From: Kondoa subrosea
Lineage: Eukaryota
Direction of reading: 5' to 3'
DNA length: 64,000 nt
Assembly (NCBI GenBank): GCA_039545335.1
Contig: BCIN01000001.1
Span: forward strand, 3,599,136 to 3,663,135
Shown here: one piece after another, positions 26,380 to 37,715 of the stretch
Layout: each line of letters opens with the position of its first letter
How positions within the stretch are numbered: position 1 is the first letter of the stretch
Position numbers and translations under genes: made by a program
The notes under the pieces: model-generated
Databases searched by the model: none
What the model saw: the letters and a program-made list of their open reading frames with translations, nothing else
Told to the model about the DNA's origin: nothing

Positions 26380-28032
26380 ATGAGGCACAAGCACCTGTTT
26401 GCTGCTAGGAATGCCCTCTTTTATTCTTTTGGTTCTACGAACAAGCCATTATTCGCTACACCTCTATCTTGGGATCTAGATTCCTCCCAAGTCTGGTCTG
26501 TCTTTGGACCTCAAGCAAGCACGTTTCTTGCCGCTACACTTCTTGGTAAAGCAAGAGCAACCCCAGGTAGTCGACGGTGGCCATGGCTAGAAGGCAGGCA
26601 AGGTTACCTGCTTGACAAAGTAATTCAGCGCGTTAAATTCTCGACTCGTTTGGAAGCTCAAGGTCCCTCTGTCAATGGGGAATTCACCGACTATACAGCT
26701 CGCTATGGCGGATTGCGCGAAGAAGATCGTCTCACATTGTTTGAGCATTTGCAAGATCATATGTTATCTAATGGTCATGAAGCGAATCTCAATCTCATAC
26801 AAGACATGTCTGCTCGGTTTGAAATATCTGACCTCCTTCCAATACCATTAGTAGCGCTGTCAAACGGTCAAACACGGCGTGCGCGAGTAGTACGAGCGTT
26901 GTTGGCGAAGCCTGAGCTCTTGGTACTCGAAGAACCTTTCAGTATGCCTTGACTAGTGTTTTGCACAAATAGTTTGCTAATGCACATCAGCTGGACTGGA
27001 TGTTCATAGCAGAGACATTCTGGCTTCGCAGCTTATGCAGCTTCATCAGAAGACTTCCCCGTCGATCATTTTCTCACTGCGTCCGCAAGATGGGATGCCT
27101 ACCTGCGTGACGCATGTCGTCGAACTTGTGGAAGAAGCTGGAAATGTGAATATTCGCTCCATTGGTCCAAAAGAAGGAATGAGGCAAATTCATCAACCAG
27201 CAATAGAGAAACTTCAAAGACCTGTATCGAGCTTGAAAGATGCTCAAATCCTGGTGGATCTGCAGAATATAATTATCATTGGTCGGACACCCATATTAAA
27301 AAATGTAACCTGGACAATCCGAGAGGGAGAAAAATGGAGATTACGTGGACCCAACGGTGCTGTCTTTGCAATCCATATTGTCACCCACAAAACTCAGACC
27401 CATTGTAGGGTCAGGCAAATCGACTATATTGAGCCTTATAACCGGGGATCATCCTCAATCCTATTCTCAATCGATTACACTCTTTGATAAACCTCGTTTC
27501 AACATTGCTACGACAAAGCTACAATTCATGATAGGTCATTGTTCGCCCGAAATTTACAATGCTTTTCCTCGCCGTCATATTCCCGGTGCTTTGACAGCTG
27601 GCGAGGCCATAGCGACGGGCTTCGATAGCATCTTCTCGTATCGAAAATCGAATCCAGTCCAGCAAGAGCGACTTTCGGAGTTGGCGAAGGCATTCGATTT
27701 GTCTCAAAGTTGGCTTGATATACCGTTTGCAGAATTATCAGCTGGTGATCAGAGCTTGGCTTTGTTTCTTCGAGCTTTAGTAAAGAAGCCAAAACTGTTG
27801 ATCTTGGATGAAGCCTTTTCGGGAATGCCAGCGGAAGTAGCGGAAAGGTGTAAGAGATATATTGATAATGAATTGGACGCAAGGCAGGCTGTGATATTTG
27901 TGAGTTCACTCATCAACAGACGAACCAGTCTCAGCCTACCGAAATCAGGTGTCGCACTACGATAACGAAGTGCCTTCAAGTGTCACGCGAACATTGGCGT
28001 TACAGGGCGGACGAGTTGTGGAGAACAGCTAG
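26380..28032 (+). CDS. Soluble dual-domain ABC ATPase (ModF / yeast YDR061W-like)
   Basis: Domain 1: LSNGQTRRARV, LLVLEEPF|TGLD. Domain 2: GEKWRLRGPNG|SGKST, LITGDHPQSY, LSAGDQSLALFLRALVKKPKLLILDEAFSG. No TM segments. Confidence 0.85.
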
Positions 28033-28085
28033 AATTTAATTCAATCAATCTTCGATTACGGTTCCGCATGACGGCCAACGTACAT

Positions 28086-29918
28086 TCACACTTCCAAGTC
28101 AGCGAGCGACTTTAATGCGCTCTCACACCTTTGTCTGTTCGCCTTGACTCGCTCGGATTCTTCCACCTCTGCATTGATCTCTCCAAAGACACCTACCCTC
28201 AACCCTTGTTCGCAAAAGGGCAGCACATTCCTCCCTAACAAACCAACACCAACTTTCAGAATCATCTTCGCTTCCGCTTCCTCCTTTAACCTCTTTTCTT
28301 TGTCTAAAGGTTCTTCATCATGCATTTCAGGCGAGCCAGGTTGAATAGATGATCGAGGTGTATGATTTTCGACTAAAGCGAGGAAACTTTCAGTCGCTTT
28401 GACCAGCACGTCATCAAGCGTTTCCCTCAACGACGGCCAAAGACTTAAAGCCGGCAGAAGACGGAGTTCATTAAGCGCCGAAGCGATGGCATTGAGGAAG
28501 CGAGCGAGAGAAGGATAGAGAGTAAGTTGTTGGATCGGTTGATTAGTTGCAGCTGCGGGACTGTCAGATTCGTCTAAAGAGGAAGGATCGAAAGAGGGAG
28601 CAATGAGAGCGACTTTGGACAAAGATTCGGGTGCCAACAAGAGGCTTTCGAGGGTTTTGATTGGACTGCGTGATGCAACGAGAAGAGGTGATCTTAGACT
28701 TGTAGGTAGAGGCGGAGATAATTCAGCCATCAAATTCGTTAACGCTTGCTGGAACTTCTCTTTGACAATGGTTTCCACTCGAGCTTGCATAATATTTGCT
28801 ACTGGTATTCTGAAGTCAAAGCCGAAGCGAATGAAAGCCGAAGCGCAATATGCTAGTTGGGTCAAGAGTGTTGACAGCGAGGATACGGATTGTATAGCCG
28901 ATATATTGGCATTGAGCATGCTGAAGAGTTCCTCCAATGCATGATGAATGAAAGCGACCAAGAATTCTCGACTTTGGTTCAGTTGCTCCTCGCTTGTAAT
29001 AATAGAAGGTGACAAAAAGCTCTCATTGTACATATTGATGGCATCGCCAACCACTTCTCGCCAAATCTCAATCCATCTCTTGACGAATTTGACTTTCTCT
29101 TCCGAGGCTTCATTTGTACCAGTGATGCCTCTGGAGATATTAGGAAAAGTTGCCATTTGTGACTTGAGGCAGTCCCATCGGCTGGCAAGGAAGATGAGTT
29201 GAAGCTGTTCTTCCGATAATTGTATATCATCCATAGCCAAGGAGGATTTGAAAGTTTGATCTTCCAATCTTCGCAACAGAGCGATTCCTCTTACAGCGCC
29301 AGGTAATTTCAGTGCTTTCTCCCTTAAGCTTTGCAATATCCGAAGTTTCAAATCAACCAATTCCAAAGCGACTTGAAAACGGACTCGAAGCATAACTCGA
29401 GAACTTGCTTCACCCGTCGATAGGGCCAAAATTTGATTGACTCTCTTGCTCAAGTCCAATGCTTCTGACCAATTGCCATTAACGACGCATGATCGAACCA
29501 AACGAGGCAGATCTAGCACCTCGCCTACGTTATCGACATGCAAGAGCGCTTCTGATAATTTGGATCGCGTTGGGTTGAGATCTGCATTAAGGAAGCCTTC
29601 AAAAGAGCGACAAGTGGTAGCTAGTTCTTGAGAAGTAGCTAAGAACAGATCCAAGCCTGTGTCCAAAGTAGAAAATGAAGATGAAACAGACAGGTAGGAC
29701 GAATGCGAGAGTATAAGGGAGTCGTAAGACCTGAAGCAGAGGTTGGCCAGCTCTTGATTTAGCGAATTGAGTTTGGCACTGAGTTCCGAAGGCTCGCGCT
29801 GCAATTCATCCAGCGAAGAGCAAAGCAAGTCTCCAACGTATTCTTCAGCTACGCCGGCCTGCTCGGAAGGCACATCCAAATTGGACGTAAGGTCGAGCAG
29901 ATTGTTAAGATAGTTCAT
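28086..29918 (-). CDS. COG8: Conserved oligomeric Golgi complex subunit 8 (Dor1), single exon
   Basis: LDELQREPSEL..LANLCF; EVLDLPRLVRSCVVNGNWSEALDL; LKLPGAVRGIALLRRL; LSTLLTQLAYCASAFIRFGFDFR; YPSLARFLNAIASALNELRL. Confidence 0.88.
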   Translation of the reverse strand: MNYLNNLLDLTSNLDVPSEQAGVAEEYVGDLLCSSLDELQREPSELSAKLNSLNQELANLCFRSYDSLILSHSSYLSVSSSFSTLDTGLDLFLATSQELATTCRSFEGFLNADLNPTRSKLSEALLHVDNVGEVLDLPRLVRSCVVNGNWSEALDLSKRVNQILALSTGEASSRVMLRVRFQVALELVDLKLRILQSLREKALKLPGAVRGIALLRRLEDQTFKSSLAMDDIQLSEEQLQLIFLASRWDCLKSQMATFPNISRGITGTNEASEEKVKFVKRWIEIWREVVGDAINMYNESFLSPSIITSEEQLNQSREFLVAFIHHALEELFSMLNANISAIQSVSSLSTLLTQLAYCASAFIRFGFDFRIPVANIMQARVETIVKEKFQQALTNLMAELSPPLPTSLRSPLLVASRSPIKTLESLLLAPESLSKVALIAPSFDPSSLDESDSPAAATNQPIQQLTLYPSLARFLNAIASALNELRLLPALSLWPSLRETLDDVLVKATESFLALVENHTPRSSIQPGSPEMHDEEPLDKEKRLKEEAEAKMILKVGVGLLGRNVLPFCEQGLRVGVFGEINAEVEESERVKANRQRCESALKSLADLEV

Positions 29919-30194
29919 CGTACACAAACAAGAAGCGAGAATATCCCAAGGAAGGAACGAAACGCAATGTGCCCGTAAGGGACTAACTAAGTTACAGCTG
30001 TAGTATATACACGTCTAGTAGAATTGTAAAAGTGCTTTTTACAAATGCGCTTTGCGTGTGAGAATGATATTGCTTATAGACAGATTGAGGCGACCCAAAA
30101 CCAAAATACGGATAGTCCATTGACAATATATCATCTACTGTAAGCACAATGTTACCAGCATTCTTTAAAGCGTGAAGCGAACTAAACTAACACT

Positions 30195-31001
30195 TTAAGG
30201 GTTGGTAGCTTCGAAACCAAACTCGGAATCTTTCATGCAAGAGTATGAGCCGCCGAGGACTGCTGTCTTGCAAGAGCAACCGGATTCGCATGCATAGCCA
30301 GTTGAAGAGCAAGAGTTTCCTTCGGAGACAGCACAACCACCAGTGGGAGCTAATCATACAATTGAGTAAGCAGAGAACAAATAACGGTCACCGCAAGACG
30401 TACACTGGAAAATGCCCAAACCCAGGTTGATACTGCTGCAGGTATCGACACAGCTTCCAGAAAGGTTGACTTGGGTTTCAAGGCATTAGTAGAGTTGGAC
30501 CTCAGAATCGAAGCAAAACTCACATGTTTTGCCTTCGGGACAGGTGCATTGGCTTCCGACCGCAGCATCAACACATGTTCCTCCCGCAGCATTGCAAGTA
30601 GCATCAACGCAGATCACTTGGGTTTGCTGCTTTTCGCATCTGAAGGAAAGAGGGTTGACTAGAAGCAGACGACTGAAAGTGAGCAATCGTGTATCGGAAT
30701 TTGGAAAGCTGAACTGACAGACAAAGCCTTGGTCAAGGTTGCAGACTTGGCAATTTCCGTTGTAGCATTCTTGAGCTCCCAAAGCAGCACAGTAAAGTCG
30801 TTTGGCATTGGTGCAACCTCCCATAGATGAGATTTGAGGCGCATCTGGATCTTCCCAAATGATTGTTCGCTTAGTGGCAGCTTTTCTTGGGTTGTACTGG
30901 TTGCGCTTGATAATTTGCGCTGCTGTACTTTGGGGTACTGCTGCTGCATTGACCGAAACTGCCGCGATGGCCAAAAGAGTGAAGAATCCTTGAATGAACA
31001 T
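30195..31001 (-). CDS. Small secreted cysteine-rich protein with EGF-like modules, 4 exons
   Basis: Signal peptide MFIQGFFTLLAIAAVSVNA and KR dibasic sites. Three canonical introns join the exons into one frame with 19 Cys, ending SYSCMKDSEFGFEATNP*. Confidence 0.7.
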
Positions 31002-31391
31002 ATTGTCCGATCTTGATATGGAGAAAATTAAAGGATTGAGTTGAAATGAAAGTTTTGATAAGCCTTTAAACCCAAACGGAGGTGTGCTGTTTTCTTGGAT
31101 AGCAAAGAGTGGATAGGATCGCGGTATAACAGAAGAATGCGAGAACAACTTGGCTGAGGAAGAGAGGAAGCACTATCCGATTTTCAAGCATGCCAGGGCG
31201 TCTAAAAGGTCTCAGCCCAGACCTTAGCGTGGAGGCGGCATGCAATGATGCGGACCATCGAGAAGAAAAACTGACTTGACTCTGTGGGAGAGTACAACCT
31301 TGGCTTCCCCAGATATGACAAAATTGGATGACAGGAAAATTGCGGCCAGGCAGGTTAGATGAAGTACCCTGCTAGATGTATTGTATTTCTG

Positions 31392-31417
31392 CACCCTTTG
31401 GCGTCACCCTTTGGCGT
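31392..31417. repeat. Perfect 13-bp tandem duplication (CACCCTTTGGCGT x2)
   Basis: Read directly from the sequence. Confidence 0.9.
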
Positions 31418-32782
31418 GCATAAGTGTGTTCGTGTCGCCAAAACGGCACGTTGTGTCGAAAATCGAGATTTGCAGCCGAATTATGGCACAATTCAAGTGA
31501 TCCGACCTGATTCACCCGTTGCCTGTTTCTCGCCCACAACAGCTTCGAGAGCAGAAGAGTGCTGTAGGTATTCGAGACCAACGACAAAGATAGCCAACGT
31601 ATCAGGAGTAGCCCTAGACAGCTGGAGCAGTTGCAAGAGCAAAACTTTAGAAATCCATCGGAACTCCGCGAGACATTGAGGCCAGACATTTCCAGCTACT
31701 GTCGACCAGCCAGATAGACTTTGTTCATAGTAGTGCAAGCTATATAGGCAGCTGGTGGTATCTAAAGTGAGGTTATCGTTACAAGAAAAGGCTGATGTCT
31801 GAAATTCACATTCTCCAAGTTGAACTCTTCACAAGACGTCATAGTTCGGTATGAGCGGAATGCAGAAGGCTTTGGCGCCTATCATAGCGTGAGCGAACAG
31901 TCCGGTTGTCGCATGAGCGAATCTGATCTCTTCTCGCAGAGCCGGTGTCGGGTGAATCTATAGTTATCTTGTGCTTGCACGAGTCTGATGCTCGGGCAGA
32001 GTATACACAGGCATTTGGATATGTAAGTCGCAGAGCGAACCGTCCGAGAGAAACGCTAAGACAAGCTCTGTACAGTTGACCCTTTGATTCGCTCTTCGAT
32101 CAATCCAGGGTCTTTCCCCTCGCTATTTCCCTCTTTTGTCCCAACCTGATTGGCCTGTCTCTCCGCAGAGCAACGCCCATCGCTCAAATAGGCACGGATA
32201 CCACCGTTGAGCCTGAAGCCATGACAGACGCCAAAAAGAAGATCGCTGAGGTCATTGATAACACGTCGAGCAAGAAGGTATAACGCTTCGGAGCCCGCTG
32301 GGTCTGCTGTTTTAGGAAGGATGTCGTTGAGCTTTGAGCTCATTTGGTTCGGTAATTCCTGATACGCATTTGTGCCGCGCTGATCTTTCAGGCAGATGTC
32401 CGCAAGTGAAAATGTCGACTGTAATATGAATGTACATGTTCTTTGCATATTCCGAGTTCGTCTCGCGAGAGTGATCTTCCATTGCTGTTTTTCGGAGTTC
32501 GATTTCGCTTCTCGTTTCTTTGTCTCATCGATTTTCAATGTTTGCCCTCAGTAAATGCGGTAGCGTTGTCGAGTCGCTCGTTCTCCTTTGTCTTGTTCCT
32601 CTCTCTGTGTATCTTTCCCCGGCGGCTAAGAAGCCAAATCACGACAAAGGTCTCGTCCTATCATTGCTTCAAGCACAGAATCGCACAAGACTTCAATACA
32701 TGAGAAGCACTCCACTATTACAGAACATTCTATGGTTATACGGATTTGCATAAGACACGGGCGAAGAACAGCAACAAAGGGA

Positions 32783-33674
32783 TTATCCACTTGATCTATA
32801 TGGAGGAATCGACTGAGGTATCCATCTATCCTCTCTCAGCAGCTTTTGGTAGTAGAACCTAAGTGCTGCCTGATCCAGGCAGATCCAACCGAGACAGTAC
32901 CGTTCGTTGTCCAGCTTGGCGTTCAATCCAGCCCCTGTGAGCCAAGCATCGGCTTCTGTCAGGGTAATTTCACTTACACTCAAATGAACGCGCCGGGTAG
33001 AAAGAGAATTATACTCACGGAAATCATATATTCGGATCTTTTTGTGTTTTGGGAAGCCAGTGCACAGACACTGTGTGGGACATCACGAGACCCGGCGTAG
33101 TTCTGCCATGTGGATGGTAAGGTAGTAATAAAGCTCCAATGGAGCCTGCTTTCTGTCTGGTTTGGATAGCCAAAGCTGAAAGTTCAGCCTGGACTTTGGT
33201 AAGGCTGTCGGCGCCAAAGTACTTCGCAGTGAGCTTGAAATGGGTTCCACTGCCAGTCGACAAGATATGTAGGAATTCTTGTAATCTGGAATGCGGCAAT
33301 TCCACTTGCGCGCAGTTGCTGACCAGAGGATTTTCAACAGACCGACGAATACACTAAAAGTCCCGAAGCTCTAGTCCCAGTACAGGGAACATACTCTGTA
33401 TTACACTGACATAAGGCAAACATCAGTAGAATAGACATGAGAGCGAAGAGCGCAGCTGACCAATCGAGAATAACATCCAACCTCCAAAACGTCGCAGATC
33501 TGTAGCTCTTTTCCGTTCAGGTCTAGATAACTGAGGCATAGCCAGCATCTGTCCCTTCAACGCATCGTGACTTCGTATGGATCGCAAGATGCCGTCGTTA
33601 GTGTTCGGGCGAGCATTATCTTCGGACTCGATGGACAGAAGGGCCAAATTCGGATCACTTTTGGAGCGTTGCAT
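32783..33674 (-). pseudogene. Possible decayed orphan gene with in-frame stops
   Basis: ORFs 33423-33674, 33024-33305 and 32783-32983 join through plausible introns (33354-33410, 32973-33018). They are interrupted by TGA codons at 33423 and 33024. No domain recognised. Confidence 0.3.
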
Positions 33675-34098
33675 AGTCAGATAATATATAAGAAGAGGAT
33701 AGATTGAGAGAGGCTACAGAGTTACGCCAGGCCAATTCGAAACCATTGGCACAAAGGGAAAAATGGATCGCGAGTCTGTCGCCAGCCTGGACTTGAGTGG
33801 TATCTGAGATGTCAGCTAGTTTGCTTGATGTCGATCTACGCAAGGGGATAGAAGAAAGAGAGAGAGAGACTGAAAAAGGCAGAGAGTTTGTGCAACGGTG
33901 CCAGCAGCACTCCGGATATCGCCTCCAAAGAAAGCTCATAGATGCCAGAGCACTCTTACAGAAAGCCTGTGTGCTTCAACAGGATCAGTGATGAATGCGT
34001 AATCAGAACAGTAGTAATAGTCAGGGCTCATCAACATATTCTGTTCGGTTGACTTGAGACAAGCAGCGAGTAATTGCATTAAGAGACCGAAGAGCGAG

Positions 34099-35900
34099 AT
34101 GGTCTCACTCGCCTTCTGCGGGAACGTCCTCTGGATCAGCTTAGGCGCGTTCTATTACGGATACAAGCGAGTTGTCAAAATGCTTGTCTCGAAAGGTGTC
34201 TCATTTTCGCATGTAGTATCTCTGCCCTCAACTCTCTTCAAAGCAGTATGACCTGCTCCTACGGACAAAATCCATCGGGCTTCTTGACTCCTTGTGTTTC
34301 CATGTCTACCTATGCATTCGGAACTCTCACTGCTATTTTCAATGGCGGAGGTCTAGCAGGCAGTCTTGTTGCGGGATCTATCGCAGATAAGCAAGGTAGA
34401 CGAATGGCTCTTGTGTGGACAAGCGTCTTGCTAGCATTAGGCGCCTTTCTGATGGGTACTGGAAGAATTCTTGCAGTGCTGGTCTTTGGACGGTCTGCTG
34501 TCTCCTTATCACAGCTTCTTCCGAGACTGATAGATATTCAGCTTCCTCGTCGGTTGCGGCTGCGGAATTGCGACTGTGATCGTCCCGATATATCTTGCAG
34601 AGATCTCCCCTCAGCATATCAGAGAGCGGATTGGTAGCCTTAATCAGCTAGCGATCACTGTTGGCATTTGGACTGCTATAGCTGTGGGCTTGCCCCTCTC
34701 AAAACCTACTCGTAAGCTCCGTGCCTCTATTGTGCAGGCCTTCTCATATAGCCTGTTCCGACAGTATGGCGAGCCGTGTAAGTCTGTGAGGCCGTGACAA
34801 GTCATCACACTGACGTGGTAGCTTTCGAGCAGCTTTCTGTGAGTTTTTCTCGGTTTTCAGTTATTCAAGATTGATTGGCGACAGAATTGCCTGCGTATTG
34901 GCAATATCGCATATTCTTACGGCACGAACAGTTACAGAATCTCCTATGTGGACATCTGGACAAACAATAGGAGCTGCAGCTGATATCAGGCAGGATGAGG
35001 AAGAAGGGCTACTTGCAGCTGGCGAGAATTCGAATGTCTCCAAATCGCCCCTGACAATATTAGAAGCTCTCAGATCTGACGAACCAGCCGTAAAACACGG
35101 AGTCAAGGTGGTCATCGTTGCACAGATGCTCCAGCAGGTAGGCTTTTCGAGTCAATTCTCTGTTGTTCCGCTGACAATTCTTCCAGCTGAGCGGTATCAA
35201 TGCTGCCTTTTACTTCTCGACATTGATCTTCGCTACTGTTCTGTCAACGGAGAAAGCTCGCTATATCTCTCTTATGCTAGCATCTGTCAATGTCCTGTTC
35301 GTGAGTGACGAAATACCGCTGACTTAGGACAAGACTAATGGATGGCGCGTAGACCCTAGCTCCAACTATACTTTTACCGGTAGGTTACGCTCGGGTTGAT
35401 CATTGCTGCTCATCACGGAGTCTCAATAGCGCTTTGGAAAGAAGAAGCTGCTTTCTTTGTCCTGCTTTGGTATCATCGCCTCTTCTGTTGTGCTTGGTTT
35501 TGCAATCAATACACAAGCTACAGTTTTAGCAAGTATAGCGATAGTGTCTTTCGTCATTTCTTTTAGCATTGGTGAGCCGTACAGGATTAGCGGCAATGTC
35601 AGACTTATATCTTATAGGTTTGGGGCCTATACCATTCATCATCATCACATCATCTGTCCCTCCTCATGCAACTTCAGCGGCTGGATCGCTTGGTCTTGCA
35701 CTCAATTGGTCAATGGCTTTTTTAGTCGCTTCACTCTTTTTACCAATACGGTAGGACAGTATTGCTTAGAGCGCTGTATTCAACCCGTCTGATGCGATCA
35801 CAGGGATACCTTGTCGTCATACGGAGGAGAAGGAACGGTTTTCTTCTTGTTCGCTGGGCTTACGACTGTACTCACTTTGTATCTTCTCCGAATCTTGTAG
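34099..35900 (+). CDS. MFS sugar-porter family transporter (Vps73/YBR241C-like)
   Basis: LGAFYYGYN|ISALN; ADKQGRR; VPIYLAEISPQHIRERIGSLNQLAITVG; TESPMW; QQ|LSGINAAFYFS; FSIGLGPIPF; LALNWSMAFLVASLFLP. Confidence 0.88.
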
Positions 35901-36218
35901 TGTAGGAAAGGTTTGTGATTTTTATTCTCTTGATGCCGCCGTAATCTATAGCTGATTGCTCTACACAGTTTTAGCATGCATTATACCTTTAAGCGCACAT
36001 GCGAGAAAAAGAGAGATTGGTTAGGCCTTTCCTCGAGTAGCCTGAGAGCTGTATTACGAGAAATACCCGAGATCAGCGGACCAATGTGCCGTTATTTAGG
36101 TCATGGAAGTACTGCAATCATGTCAATGATGCTAGAAGCTCCGCAATCGAACGAGTTCATGTTTCTCATAATGCAGCGCTACAATTTGTCCTTTCTCACT
36201 TATGCTCTTGCTATTCAA

Positions 36219-37511
36219 TTAGGTAGATGTCGACTCCTTGTTGGCATCAAAAACGACGCTTTCCACTTCTCCTCCTCCTTGACTACTAGTCGATTTCCCT
36301 AGAGCAACACTTGACTGTGAAGTACTTTGGCTCATACCGCTCGCTTGAGGTAGGGTAGTATTAGCTACAGGAGTAGGTTTGGAAGCTGCTAATCTGGAAT
36401 CCAATGCCTGCAGAGCCATTGCTCTGAGAAAAGCGAAAACGTTATGTTAGTGTTCTCTTGTGGTCATAACAGGAAAAAAGATGATGAATATGACGAACCT
36501 TCGACGTTCTGCTTCTGCTCGCGCACTTGCTGGATTTGAATGACCTTGTTCAATATCAGACCAAGGTTTGAGGATTTTGACTCGTACGGCCATAAGATAA
36601 GCTTGATTTGCTCCGAAAGCGACATATTTTCTGCACATGATGTCAGCTTGGCATTCTTCAGAGGAAAGAAAAGAGAGGGACATACTGGACGAATGGTGGG
36701 AACCAATGAGCGAATTGAAAAGTATCTGATTTATCGCCTCCATCTTTTATCAAGCGCAAATAGACGTAAGAAGTAAGCCAACCAAATTGAATAAGGATGA
36801 AAGGAGATTGATAGCCGATCAAGCACATGATATTGCTAAATGTTACGTAAAGCATAGGAATGGATTTGACTTTGAGTTTAAGCAAACCACCAAGAATTTG
36901 GACTTGATGCTCTGGAATAAGTTGAGTGAAAGCGACTAGGAAACCAGTTTGTAAAGCCATCATGCCGTGGTAAGATTGACCGAAAAGAAAAGTGCCAGAA
37001 TTATTCAAAACGTAATGCTCGATGATATTAACTGCCGTTGCAATGATGTTGGATGCAATGATGGTGAATGCCACGAACTACGAAGGCTGTAAGTCAGCAG
37101 ATGCGATTGTGCTTATGGCCTGGACTTGCCTTGAGATACTCGTTTCTGCCCCAGACCCGTTCCAGATATCTACCAGCTAGCGGTAGTGTTATGGTAGTAA
37201 GTAGCAGCTACACATATAATCAAGCCAACGCGTGAGATTTGAGCAAAATGCTTGCTTACTTCTACCACATTGATCTCGACGAAAGCCGCCGTCAAGAGCG
37301 TCCAAGGTCTCCACAACACATGACCCGGCACTATCACTACTGATGGAAATGCCAATATGCTATCCTGCCCTCCGTAGCCTAGCTGTTTCAAATCTTCACG
37401 CGATAGACCACTTCGCAGCACAAAAAGCAGCGAAGACACCAAGAGCAGAGCTAACGTCAGGTATCGCGAAGCAGGCGGTATCGAATCGAAGACTGTGTTG
37501 ATGACCGCCAT
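36219..37511 (-). CDS. TMEM115 / DUF1751 rhomboid-like Golgi membrane protein
   Basis: VIVPGHVLWRPWTLLTAAFVE; YLERVWG; GFLVAFTQLIPEHQVQ; FGWLTSYVYLR; GDKSDTFQFAHWFPPFV; RAEAERRR|AMALQALDSRL. Confidence 0.88.
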
Positions 37512-37715
37512 GCTATTGACGTAAACGAGGAGGCCGTTGCAGGTCGAGGTCGGAGTTTCATTCTATTTTCTTGGTCTTGCCTCTCTACCGCTGTGCTGAA
37601 GGCATCATCTGATAGCTGGAATATATCATCACGTTGAAGTAGAAGGACAGAGACCCTATTCCTAGGCTCAGTCTGATAACTCTATGCTGTGAATGTGCAT
37701 AAACATTGGACTCAA

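Noticed and set aside
33845..33870. GA-rich run
   Set aside because: Short low-complexity microsatellite with no further structure.
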